Shown piece after piece: positions 34,681-44,041 of a DNA stretch of 64,000 bases. The notes under the pieces were generated by a model, which saw only the letters and a program-made list of their open reading frames with translations, had not been told where the DNA came from and did no database searches. Made by a program: the position numbers and the translations under genes. Source of the stretch: Candidatus Doudnabacteria bacterium (GTDB lineage Bacteria > Patescibacteriota > Doudnabacteria > UBA920 > 2-01-FULL-46-14); assembly GCA_041497195.1 (NCBI GenBank), contig JBGQGB010000001.1, positions 213,504-277,503 of the forward strand, in the 5' to 3' direction. Numbering within the stretch: position 1 is the stretch's first letter; each line of letters opens with the position of its first letter.

Positions 34681-36711
34681 TCAAAAACCTTTTAAACGAT
34701 AAATCTTCAGGGTGTTCAGGGTTTTTTCCAACTCGTAGTGTTGTTTTGCAAAATTCTCAAGATCAGCTATCCGGACGTCATAATTTTTGTAAAGAAAAAC
34801 GTGTTCGGGCTGCGAAGCAGCTAATTGTTCCGTCAGCGCTTTGACCTGGCTATGAAAGACGATTTGATAGTCATCATACACGCGGTATAACTTCTGGCCG
34901 TTTTGGGTACTATAGAAAAAATTTATCTTCCCCGCCATCAGCAGCAACTTTCCGTCGTCAGGATGGAATAGCGGTATGGCTTCTTCTGAGTAATGCTCCT
35001 TGATATATCGGGCATCTTCGTAAATCTGCTGGTCCTTTGGCGCGATTGCGGTCAAGCTTATTTTGGAATAATCGCGATAAGCAAACACTACCGGCAATTT
35101 GGCCAAGCTTAGTGTGGCAAAAAAAGCGAGAAACGCGCCCAGAGCTGCCGACATGAACCGTTTCCAAGTTTTTTGATCGGAAAACGCAAAATAGCGGTAA
35201 AACGCGGACCACAACAAAAGCAGCATGGACAAAGACGTTGCATTCAAATAACTCCAGGCAGAATTACCGACATAATAAGTCAAAGCAAAAATGCCGTAAA
35301 CGGTGAAAAAAACGGTAAGTAAATGTTCGGGGCGCCGGCGCCACAACCCCGTCGCTATCCAAACGGCAAAGCCCGAATAGACCAGCACGAAGATTTCAAA
35401 CAGGCCGACTTTCGGCATCGGGAGCTTGCCAAACCCCTGCTCAAATCCGGTCAAAACCAACCAGACGAATCTCCATTTCGGCCACTGATGATAGAGGAGC
35501 CGATTGAGGCCGCCAATCACCCCAAAAACTATGGCGATATAGCCCGCCTGTTCCAAACCGGCAATCAGTATTTTTCGAAGTTTCGGCCAAAACCGGGCGA
35601 CGCGAATGTGAACGTCATAGCCCAAGGTGGCAAACACTGCGATATTGACATAAATTCCCGTATCAACGTTCCAAAATAAAGCCAAAGCCGAGAAAAAAAG
35701 AAGCAATTGTCTCTTTCCTGTACTGGGAAATTTAACGTACCGGGAGATCAGCCAAGCTAATACTATGTAAAACCCCTGCCGGTATACCGTCTGGCCGGGA
35801 AAATCATACGGCGTGAGATAAGGATCAGTAAGGAGGAAAAAATTCACGACAACCGCGAGCCATGTCCCCACCAGAGCGAACAGATCTGAATTCATCCAGT
35901 TTTTCAAGGTCCGGTAAACCAAAACGAAAAAGGTAAAATACAATACCATCAGGATTACCGAGAAAGCCTGGTACGATATCGGCAGCAGAAATTTCATGAT
36001 TGCGGCCACCAAATAAGTGTTCAAGATCCCATAGATACCGACGGTTTCATACAGCAGGGGTTGGCCCCGCAGCATCAGATCGACGGGAGAGACTACCATG
36101 TTCGTATATCCTTCGGCAGAAGGAAAATTGGGATGAAAAACGATCAGGGCTAGAAAGACAAAAAAATAAGGGACAATTTTTTTCAGGCGCGGAGACTGGT
36201 TGAGGGTCTGTAACCAGAGGGTTTTACTTTGCCGCCAAAACACGACCGAAAATGCAAAAATTGCGGCCAAAAAGGATAGCCGGACGATGTAAATCCTTTT
36301 GGTGAACAAAAGCCAAGCCAAGTGCCAGAGGCTTCTTCTCTGAAAATATCCCGTCGCAAAAGCCCAGCTTGGAAGATGGACGCGAAAAACCAGCCTCGAC
36401 GCATAAACAATACCCGCCAGGACCGCAGTTCCGGCAACATACTGGAAAACTTTCGAATTGCGCAGAGAATAAAAAACCAAGGCCAGAAGCGGGATGACCG
36501 CATAGCTGAGAAAATAAAGGGGAATTTCGAACGGTTCGGGCAAGATGGGAAATCCCGGATAGGCGTCAACCATTTCAAAATTCCAAAACGTGAAGTGGTT
36601 CTGAAACACCCGGGACGCAATAAAATAGATTAGTACGCTTGGTACCAGCCACAGCGCGTAACTGGCGAAATCGAATGTTTTGAATGATTCGAAAAATTTT
36701 ATGGACTTCAT
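34681..36711 (-). CDS. Polytopic membrane protein, putative GT-C-fold glycosyltransferase (paralog of 19559-21577)
   Basis: Shared EPFE.PLY.LSY, WH..WLL.TKRI, FWN.D.G.Y, YYVG.S.W and KLPV.F motifs. Confidence 0.65.
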   Translation of the reverse strand: MKSIKFFESFKTFDFASYALWLVPSVLIYFIASRVFQNHFTFWNFEMVDAYPGFPILPEPFEIPLYFLSYAVIPLLALVFYSLRNSKVFQYVAGTAVLAGIVYASRLVFRVHLPSWAFATGYFQRRSLWHLAWLLFTKRIYIVRLSFLAAIFAFSVVFWRQSKTLWLQTLNQSPRLKKIVPYFFVFLALIVFHPNFPSAEGYTNMVVSPVDLMLRGQPLLYETVGIYGILNTYLVAAIMKFLLPISYQAFSVILMVLYFTFFVLVYRTLKNWMNSDLFALVGTWLAVVVNFFLLTDPYLTPYDFPGQTVYRQGFYIVLAWLISRYVKFPSTGKRQLLLFFSALALFWNVDTGIYVNIAVFATLGYDVHIRVARFWPKLRKILIAGLEQAGYIAIVFGVIGGLNRLLYHQWPKWRFVWLVLTGFEQGFGKLPMPKVGLFEIFVLVYSGFAVWIATGLWRRRPEHLLTVFFTVYGIFALTYYVGNSAWSYLNATSLSMLLLLWSAFYRYFAFSDQKTWKRFMSAALGAFLAFFATLSLAKLPVVFAYRDYSKISLTAIAPKDQQIYEDARYIKEHYSEEAIPLFHPDDGKLLLMAGKINFFYSTQNGQKLYRVYDDYQIVFHSQVKALTEQLAASQPEHVFLYKNYDVRIADLENFAKQHYELEKTLNTLKIYRLKGF

Positions 36712-37328
36712 AAATCACCGCTATTTTTAGTCGGTTCTTGTCTTTTAAGCCTGGCCAAAACCGCTACCGCTTCTGTAGAAAACTTCTTTCCTTGTTTCAC
36801 TTTAAGGATATCGAAATATTCCCTAATCAAACCTAGGTGTTTGTTTAGAGGGCGAATAAATTTGCCCCGATCATGGGAAGTCAAAAATCTCCCGATGTAA
36901 TTGTCCGGGCTTTGCTCAATTGGATCAAACGCAACGAGATATCCGGAAGTACGTTTAGCTAAACTGGCTAGCAGATCACGGGCATCGGGATCGGAAATGT
37001 GATGAAGTAAATCAACTAGCAGGGCGATCTCAAAAGTTCGTCCCTGTAAATCTGCATCCTGAAGCTTCACACATTGGAATTTCTTCTTTTCAGTCCCGTA
37101 ATGTTTGCTCGCGTATTCAATATACCGGCAATCCATGTCAATACCCAAATATTCTCCATCGGTCAGAGCGGAATGTTGTCCCGTCCCGCAGCCCACGTCA
37201 AGCATCGACACCGAACGATCAATATCGAACTCTCTAACTATTGCGTCTACGCCCCTATAACTGCCGAAGCATAAATCCAAAAGTTTGCGGAAAAAATTCC
37301 AAACATAGACGTTGTCAAGTACATGCAT
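36708..37328 (-). CDS. Class I SAM-dependent methyltransferase
   Basis: LDVGCGTG, YLGID, LLHH and DRG motifs. Confidence 0.88.
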   Translation of the reverse strand: MHVLDNVYVWNFFRKLLDLCFGSYRGVDAIVREFDIDRSVSMLDVGCGTGQHSALTDGEYLGIDMDCRYIEYASKHYGTEKKKFQCVKLQDADLQGRTFEIALLVDLLHHISDPDARDLLASLAKRTSGYLVAFDPIEQSPDNYIGRFLTSHDRGKFIRPLNKHLGLIREYFDILKVKQGKKFSTEAVAVLARLKRQEPTKNSGDL

Positions 37329-37337
37329 TGGCAAAGT

Positions 37338-38558
37338 TTAAAAATATTTAGCCAAAAAAAACTTGAGTTTTGATTCCAAATATTGAAGTTGCAAATCGGC
37401 TAACCCCTGATGGCACCCAACGACAAAAGCATTTCGCATAATGTATTCAGTGTTGGAAAAATTCCGCGAACCAATCTTTCTGGGAATTTCTCTGAATCCC
37501 GGCTGTTTAAGAATATCCCCGGTAAATACCGGGCGAGTCTGGATATTATTTGCTTCCAAATATTTTACAATCTCGAGGCGGGAAAAAGGGGCATTTTTTT
37601 TAATAATCAATGGGAAAGCCAGCCAAGCCGTATAACTTTTGGCGGTTTGGGCTGGTAGGATAAAATACCTTTCGTAACGCTTGAAAAAATTATAAAGCCG
37701 CCTAAAGTTTTTTTGCCTGATTTTCACGAAGCCCGGAAACTTCTTGAGTTGGACCAAAGCGAAAGCGGCAGAGATCTCAAGCGGCAAAAAATTGTATCCG
37801 ATTTCCGAAAAAATGAACTTGGCGTCATATGGTATGCCGGAAAGTTTGGTTCGAAACCTATTTTCCACAAGTTCGGAACTTTGTTTCTCTCCAAACAATG
37901 AAGATTGTCTACCCCAACCGCGCAAAACTAGCAGCCTTTTGTACCAACGCGGATCATTGACGCAAACCATCCCGCCCCCACCAGCACCGTTAATAATGTG
38001 CGAGCCATAAAAACTGGTCGTGGAAATGTCAGAATAGGCACCGCTCGGCTTGCCCACAAATCTGCCGCCCAAAGTATCGCAGGAGTCTTCAATGAACCAG
38101 AGCTTGTGTTTACGCGCAATCTGCTGGAGCATCTTTAAATTGGGAATATTGCCAAGCAGGGACGGAATCATCAGGGCGCGGGTACGTTTGGTGATATTTT
38201 TTTCTATCTGCTCGATATCGATCAGATAGGTTCCCAAGCTGACATCAATAAATACCGGCACGAGTCCTTTTTGCACTATTGGCGCGACAGTGGTGGCAAA
38301 AGTCAAAAGCGGAGTAATCACTTCACTTCCTTTGGGCAGATTCAGAATCTCCAACGCCAAAAGATTGGCTGACGAGCCCGAATTGACCATGACTCCATAT
38401 TTTTTCCCGAAAAGTCTGGCGATTCGGTTTTCAAATTCCTGAGTTTTATCACCCAGGGCCGTATTGCCTCTGAGCACTTTTACTACAGCCTCTATCTCTT
38501 CGGGGCCATGAACCGAGAGTGCGTACGGCACGGATACAGATTTTTTTAGTTTCAACAT
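37338..38558 (-). CDS. DegT-family PLP enzyme, RfbH/DdhC/ColD-like NDP-4-keto-6-deoxyhexose 3-dehydratase
   Basis: VNSGSSANLLA, LLGN, EDSCDTLG, SFYGSH (His at the catalytic Lys position), WGR and GYNF motifs. Confidence 0.82.
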   Translation of the reverse strand: MLKLKKSVSVPYALSVHGPEEIEAVVKVLRGNTALGDKTQEFENRIARLFGKKYGVMVNSGSSANLLALEILNLPKGSEVITPLLTFATTVAPIVQKGLVPVFIDVSLGTYLIDIEQIEKNITKRTRALMIPSLLGNIPNLKMLQQIARKHKLWFIEDSCDTLGGRFVGKPSGAYSDISTTSFYGSHIINGAGGGGMVCVNDPRWYKRLLVLRGWGRQSSLFGEKQSSELVENRFRTKLSGIPYDAKFIFSEIGYNFLPLEISAAFALVQLKKFPGFVKIRQKNFRRLYNFFKRYERYFILPAQTAKSYTAWLAFPLIIKKNAPFSRLEIVKYLEANNIQTRPVFTGDILKQPGFREIPRKIGSRNFSNTEYIMRNAFVVGCHQGLADLQLQYLESKLKFFLAKYF

Positions 38559-38615
38559 TAAAAAAAGGATATTAAGGCTTTCTTTTCTTATTATAGCAAG
38601 ATATCAAACTCTGAC

Positions 38616-38667
38616 AAAAAAAATACACCGGCTCTCGGAGAACAAAATTCGTCTCCAAAAGCCGGTG
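38616..38667 (-). terminator. Rho-independent terminator
   Basis: CACCGGCT..GGAGA...TCTCC..AGCCGGTG stem with a T run on the minus strand. Confidence 0.7.
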
Positions 38668-38693
38668 AACAAACCGGTTTTGCTGCAAGGGCA

Positions 38694-39299
38694 TCAAAGC
38701 CGCAAATTCTCACGCTTGAGAAAGTACTCTACCCCTGCTGGGATAAGCTTCTCCAGGTGGTGTGGGCAAACGTTTGGCGGGAGTTCCTTCACAGGAAACC
38801 AGCCCGTGCCCTCACCTGGCTGGTCGACGGGATCCGTCTCGAAAAACACGGCTACCGGCATGTGACAATACCACCCGCGTTCCTCCTGTTGGAAAAACTC
38901 CTTCCCGTAAAGGACTGAAAACTTTGCAACCGGGGCCTTGAATTTCGCTTCGGCCACCCGTCGCACGACTACCGCGTAATCTTCCCCATTCTGAATGGCG
39001 CTCCCTCCCACCTCATACTGGTTAGGGTAAGCTTCGTTGGGGCCACGCAAACGCAACCAGACCTCGAGTTTTTGTGTCTTCTGATTGCGACGAACGCAGA
39101 CTCCCTCGACGGCAAGGTGTGGATCAAGCCTGTTCAGCTCGTTAAACAGCTTGGCGCCATAGGGCTGGTCGGCATCGATCAGAGACAAAACTTTCGCCGC
39201 AAACAGCCGGAGCCGCTCGTGGAAAGTCTCTTGTGCTGATGCAGGGTTAAACAGACTGTGGAATGCTTGCCAAATCACTTCCCATGCTTCTTGCAACAT
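38694..39299 (-). CDS. Degenerate Nudix-fold protein (stand-alone)
   Basis: AVEGVCV, WLRLR, YP.QYEVGGS....GE......RR and WF...ELP pattern; AAGGAGGAGG SD; TTGACA-17-TATTAT promoter at 39364-39392. Confidence 0.65.
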   Translation of the reverse strand: MLQEAWEVIWQAFHSLFNPASAQETFHERLRLFAAKVLSLIDADQPYGAKLFNELNRLDPHLAVEGVCVRRNQKTQKLEVWLRLRGPNEAYPNQYEVGGSAIQNGEDYAVVVRRVAEAKFKAPVAKFSVLYGKEFFQQEERGWYCHMPVAVFFETDPVDQPGEGTGWFPVKELPPNVCPHHLEKLIPAGVEYFLKRENLRL

Positions 39300-39471
39300 A
39301 TCTCTCCTCCTCCTTGAGTGCTTGCCCTAGAAAAACGACAATCCGAACAACCTGAGAAAGTGGATAATACCAATTTTTTCCTCTACTGTCAAGAGTATAA
39401 GGTGGGGTTGTTTCAAAACAAAAAACAGAATCTCTCGACCCTGTTTTTACCGATGAGAATTGGCGCTATAC

Positions 39472-39942
39472 CTATCTTTTCAGTTTCTTTCGGACTTTCT
39501 CCCAAACGTCTTTGTGTTCGTTGATTATAGCCCGCGGCATCTTGCCAAAAAACTTCCCATGTACGGGTTTCGTTTCGGTTTCACATAAAAAGACGAGAGA
39601 CACCGCATGGCCGCGTGGTCCACTCGTGTAATTCACTGGAAACAAAAATTTTGAGCGTACTACATCGACTCCAAGTTCTGTCAGCGCCGTCTGTTGAATC
39701 CGTTCCTCAAAAGTCTCGTTATACCGCAACAATCCCCCGGGAAAATGCCATCCTGTCCACCATTGATCGCGCCGCCACGTCAATAAAATCTGTTTCTTCG
39801 AGTTAACGACGACCAGTTCACACGCCACAAATGGAACAACTCTGACAAAACCGTTAAATACCGCGGGCGGCAACCCTTCGTGGGGATGGTCAATTTTCTT
39901 TAAAATTTTCAGCAACTGTCGGATCTCTTTGCTTCCTAACAT
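39472..39942 (-). CDS. Nudix hydrolase (GDP-mannose mannosyl hydrolase/NudD-like)
   Basis: PFVACELVV, ILL..R and W.FPGG.....ET..E.......ELG motifs. Confidence 0.8.
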   Translation of the reverse strand: MLGSKEIRQLLKILKKIDHPHEGLPPAVFNGFVRVVPFVACELVVVNSKKQILLTWRRDQWWTGWHFPGGLLRYNETFEERIQQTALTELGVDVVRSKFLFPVNYTSGPRGHAVSLVFLCETETKPVHGKFFGKMPRAIINEHKDVWEKVRKKLKR

Positions 39943-39945
39943 AAT

Positions 39946-40338
39946 CTACGTTTTGAAAGTCCAGTGTTTATGGGCGAAAAAAGAAAACAGGACCATCACC
40001 ACCAAAAGCACGGTCTGGGCCGCAATCGGACGCCACTTTACCCACTCCACGAGCACCACCAGCCCGCCCAGACCAATCAGGTACTGGACGGCGTAAACGG
40101 CAAAAAACTTCAGAATTTCTCCGAAACGCCGGCTGGCAATGCGAAAGGTAAAGTATTTATTCCACAAATAGCTGTTGGTCACGGCTAGCGCGAAAGACAA
40201 AACTGACGCCAGCACGTAGTGCAATTTTAAAAAAACGAACAGGACGAAAAAACCATAGGCCACGCCGGTATTGAGCGCTCCCACCAAAAGAAATCTCGAA
40301 AACGGAGAGTTATTAACCCGGCTCCACGGTCCGTTCAT
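39946..40338 (-). CDS. GtrA-family flippase
   Basis: RFLLVGALNT, SY.WNK.FTF and HKHWTF; 4 TM. Confidence 0.9.
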   Translation of the reverse strand: MNGPWSRVNNSPFSRFLLVGALNTGVAYGFFVLFVFLKLHYVLASVLSFALAVTNSYLWNKYFTFRIASRRFGEILKFFAVYAVQYLIGLGGLVVLVEWVKWRPIAAQTVLLVVMVLFSFFAHKHWTFKT

Positions 40339-41278
40339 GCTTGTTCTGCGTCACTACCTCTTTAACAATGTAATTGGGGCGGTTTTTGGTTTCCTCGAAA
40401 ATAATAGCTATGTACTTGCCAACTACACTGATAGCCAAAACTTGGATGCCACCGAAAAACATGATCCCTAAAAATAACGTGGCCGATCCTTGAATCGGGT
40501 TGCCGGCGACAAGAACCCAGGCGATGTAAATAATTATTGAAATCACCGACAAGAACACAAAAAATAAACCAAGGTAGGTGATGAAATCGAGTGGCACGTT
40601 GGAAAAAGCAACCAGACCAGATTCGGCCGATTTCAAATAATTGAAAAAACTGTAACTGGACTTTCCATATTTCCGGGCTTGCCGATCATAAGGAATGAAT
40701 GTCCGTCGAAACCCGGCCCAAGCCAAAAGTCCCCGGTGAAACCGGTGCCTTTCGGGCATTTGTATGACTTCTCGATTTACCCGAGCATCATAAAGTCCAA
40801 ACCCTGTTACTCCGCGAGGAATATCTATATACGAAGTTTCTTTTAGTAATTTGTAGAAGAACCGTCGAAACCATCCAATCAAAAAATTATCTTCTGTTTT
40901 TTGAGTCTGCCCCAAAACCAAATCGTAGCCTTCCTCCCATTTCTTAATGAACTGCGGGATCAAACTTGGCGGTTCCTGAAGATCGGCAGGCAATGGAATG
41001 ATCGCCTCTCCGTGGGCATGGCGCAGCCCGGCCAAACCCGAGGCCTCGGGGCCAAAATTACGCGACAGCAAAACCGCTACGACTTTCGGGTCCTCACGAG
41101 CCAGCTTTTTCATCAATGCTGCCGACTGATCCATGCTCCCATTGTCGACAAAAATGATTTCATGTTCGTAATTAGGTAAGGTCGCCAAAACTCTCTTTAC
41201 CTCTTTGTAAGTATTGTTGATGTTTTCTTCCTCGTTATAACAAGGAATAACAATAGATATCAATTTCCGTTGTGTCAT
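40313..41278 (-). CDS. GT2 bactoprenol glycosyltransferase (GtrB/YkoT-like)
   Basis: IPCYNEE, DNGS.D, LSRNFG, ADLQEPP, R..G.S, two C-terminal TM and ETKNRP; start at ATG 41278. Confidence 0.92.
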   Translation of the reverse strand: MTQRKLISIVIPCYNEEENINNTYKEVKRVLATLPNYEHEIIFVDNGSMDQSAALMKKLAREDPKVVAVLLSRNFGPEASGLAGLRHAHGEAIIPLPADLQEPPSLIPQFIKKWEEGYDLVLGQTQKTEDNFLIGWFRRFFYKLLKETSYIDIPRGVTGFGLYDARVNREVIQMPERHRFHRGLLAWAGFRRTFIPYDRQARKYGKSSYSFFNYLKSAESGLVAFSNVPLDFITYLGLFFVFLSVISIIIYIAWVLVAGNPIQGSATLFLGIMFFGGIQVLAISVVGKYIAIIFEETKNRPNYIVKEVVTQNKHERTVEPG

Positions 41279-41282
41279 AAAA

Positions 41283-42905
41283 TTACTCTTTTTTCGGCGA
41301 CCACTTACCAAGCGGCATCTCCTTCGAATCGGTAAATATCTCGCAAAGCACGGGGCCGGAAGACCGCAGGGCCTTGCGGGTAACGTTTATCAGATCAGCC
41401 CGATCGGCAATTCGAAAATAGCGCATATTAAAAGCGGCGGCGATCTTTTTCATATCCGGAATCCCTACACCGCTTTTTATCCCTGCGCCGTAAATCCGAC
41501 CAAAGTAGTTAAGCTGCGTGCGCGAAATGGATAAATAACCGTCGTTATTCATCACAAATAATTTAATGGGGAGCTTATGATAACTGATTGTTTCCAATTC
41601 TTGCAAATTGAACATAAGCGAGCCTTCGCCATCCACGCAGACCACAGGTTTCTTATCGACTGCAAAACAAGTTCCCACAGCCGCCGGCAAGGCGTGACCC
41701 ATTGATCCCATGCCCAAATTGACAATCAGACGCTGATTCTTTTTCAACGCTAAGGTTTTAAATGCCGCAACCGAAGCCGATGGACCGTTACCTACAACAA
41801 TCGGCAATTTGGTATCTAAGTGATCAAAAAACTCATAGGAAGCGAGTTTTTTAGGCAGCTTGTATCGCTGGGGTTTTACTTGCACTGGCCATCTATGTAA
41901 AAGTAAAGGCTCTTTTAATAAGGCTCTTAAAAAATCTTTTATATCTGCCGCAACTGGCAGGTTCAAGCTTAAAGTTTTTTTATGCAGTTCGGCCGGATCA
42001 ATGTCTACCATAATCTGGTAAGCTTGCCTGGCAAAATATTCATAATCAAAGGAAACCTGCTGGATGCTCATACGCGTGCCCAAGATTAAAAGCAAATCAC
42101 ATTCCCCTACCGCTTGATTAGCCGTCTCCCCTCCAGCCATTCCCTGCAAGCCCAAAAAATAAGGATAAGCCTTGGTGACTAAGCCCAAACCACTAACGGA
42201 AACCACGGCATTAATTTTGGTTCTGGCTAAAAGCTTCTGGAGTTCCGATTCTGCGTGAGCCAACCTCACTCCGTTGCCAACCAATAACAAAGGATGTTTC
42301 GCTGCCCTCAACTTTTGGGCGACTTTTTTAATTAACTCAGCTGATACGACGTGTCTTAGTTTTGGCGGTCGAAACCCTTTTAATTTTTCCGGATTAATTT
42401 TCGTCCGTTGGATGTCCAAAGGAATATCCAACCAGACCGGGCCAGGCCTTCCATGGGTCGCAATATGCAGAGCCTTCTCCAGTTCGTAACGAATCAACCG
42501 GGGGTCGGTGATCATTACTATGTATTTAGTAACCGGCTGGGCAATCTTTTTGATATCAGCCTCCTGTTCGGCCAGGAGCCGCAAACCCCCACTGGCTTGG
42601 ACTTGAGTCCGGACCTGACCGCTCAAAATGATCATGGGTATAGAATCGGTCCAAGCACCAGCCACTCCATTTAGAGCATTGAGACTTGCTGGACCGCTGG
42701 TAATACAAATAGCGCCCATGCTTCCAGTCATGCGCGCGTAAGCCTCCGCGGCCATTGCGCAAGCTTGCTCGTGATGACAACACACGTAATTCATACCAAG
42801 CCGTCCAATACTGTCGTTCAGATACATGGCACTGCCACCAGTGACCATAAATATCGTCTTGACATGCTTTTTTATTTCTAGAATTACGTAATCGGACAAC
42901 AACAT
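41283..42905 (-). CDS. Thiamine-diphosphate-dependent enzyme, acetolactate synthase-like (YerE-type)
   Basis: VTGG.AM.LND, HHEQAC.MAAE.YAR, TSGP, GRPGPVWLDIP.D.Q and DGEGS..FNLQEL...NN.GY motifs. Confidence 0.9.
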   Translation of the reverse strand: MLLSDYVILEIKKHVKTIFMVTGGSAMYLNDSIGRLGMNYVCCHHEQACAMAAEAYARMTGSMGAICITSGPASLNALNGVAGAWTDSIPMIILSGQVRTQVQASGGLRLLAEQEADIKKIAQPVTKYIVMITDPRLIRYELEKALHIATHGRPGPVWLDIPLDIQRTKINPEKLKGFRPPKLRHVVSAELIKKVAQKLRAAKHPLLLVGNGVRLAHAESELQKLLARTKINAVVSVSGLGLVTKAYPYFLGLQGMAGGETANQAVGECDLLLILGTRMSIQQVSFDYEYFARQAYQIMVDIDPAELHKKTLSLNLPVAADIKDFLRALLKEPLLLHRWPVQVKPQRYKLPKKLASYEFFDHLDTKLPIVVGNGPSASVAAFKTLALKKNQRLIVNLGMGSMGHALPAAVGTCFAVDKKPVVCVDGEGSLMFNLQELETISYHKLPIKLFVMNNDGYLSISRTQLNYFGRIYGAGIKSGVGIPDMKKIAAAFNMRYFRIADRADLINVTRKALRSSGPVLCEIFTDSKEMPLGKWSPKKE

Positions 42906-42933
42906 AAAAAAATAAATTATCGGATTTACTGAT

Positions 42934-43866
42934 CTAATTCTTAGGCCTGGTCTGAGCGCGGACTTGAACTAGATACTCATCATTAATTATTGCTTCCCTG
43001 TCTAATTGAGAGGCTAGACCTTTGTAGTAATCGAATAAACTCTTGATCCCGTCCCTGATACCAGTAAATTGGACTCCGGGTAATTCTTGTCGCAACCGGG
43101 CGTTGCTGCCAGTGTATTCATAGCTGTTTCCCTGATTCAAGGTCGAGACCTTGGATTGAAACTCGGAAATGCCATTGATCATCTGACAAATGTCCACCAA
43201 TTCCACTGTTTGGTCTGGGACCACGTTGTAACTTTTATAATGCGCTTTGTGTGTGAGAAAATACTCTACAACCGGCCCAAGATCGGTAACGTATAGATAA
43301 CTAAATTTGGCGTTTCGGTTGACTTTCAGGTCCTGCTTGAGAAGATTTTTTACAATACTGTTAGAAATAAAGGAAAAAAGATAATTTTCCCCAGGCCCGT
43401 AAATACCAAATAGGCGCAAGCAAATCAGATTTTCTGCTCGCTCAATATATTGAGAGATAGCGTATTTATAAAATCCGTAGTCGTCTTTAGGAACGTACTT
43501 TCCAAACTCCTCCTCACCAACCTTCACGAGAGGGCGAAATTTGCCATACTCCGCGCCCGAACCGAGAACAATGAACTTTTCCAAGTGATCTAAGTTTGCC
43601 GCCAGGTTAAAAAAAATTCGCAAATTGCGTTCCACCATTTCGTAGGACTCAGATGACTTCCCCGGTTTTTGGTGAGCACAGTGCACAACAGCGGCGATCT
43701 GGTTTACGGCTATGTAATCTACAACTGCTTGCGCATCAGTCAACTCTAGTTCATCGTGTCGCGGCGCAAAAATTTTATAGCTCTGCTCCAAATAGCGCTT
43801 TAAGTATCCTCCAATAAACCCGCTTCCACCGGTAACGATAATATTCGTCTTTTTGGATGAAATCAT
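42934..43866 (-). CDS. NAD-dependent epimerase/dehydratase (SDR) family sugar reductase
   Basis: TGGSGFIG, GSGAEY, YG..K and LRLFG.YG motifs; start at ATG 43866. Confidence 0.88.
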   Translation of the reverse strand: MISSKKTNIIVTGGSGFIGGYLKRYLEQSYKIFAPRHDELELTDAQAVVDYIAVNQIAAVVHCAHQKPGKSSESYEMVERNLRIFFNLAANLDHLEKFIVLGSGAEYGKFRPLVKVGEEEFGKYVPKDDYGFYKYAISQYIERAENLICLRLFGIYGPGENYLFSFISNSIVKNLLKQDLKVNRNAKFSYLYVTDLGPVVEYFLTHKAHYKSYNVVPDQTVELVDICQMINGISEFQSKVSTLNQGNSYEYTGSNARLRQELPGVQFTGIRDGIKSLFDYYKGLASQLDREAIINDEYLVQVRAQTRPKN

Positions 43867-44041
43867 ATATTTTATTTGCGACGCTGCGCAAGCACGTGTC
43901 ACCAGACTTCTTTTCTCCCTGCATTATAGAATAATCGTCTGAATTTGGAAAGGTGCTCTCGTCAGCTGAATTCTGGGTTTGGTAGTTGATTTTTTACGAC
44001 AAATCTTTTAAAATATGCGTAGATGCCAAATTTAAAAAACG

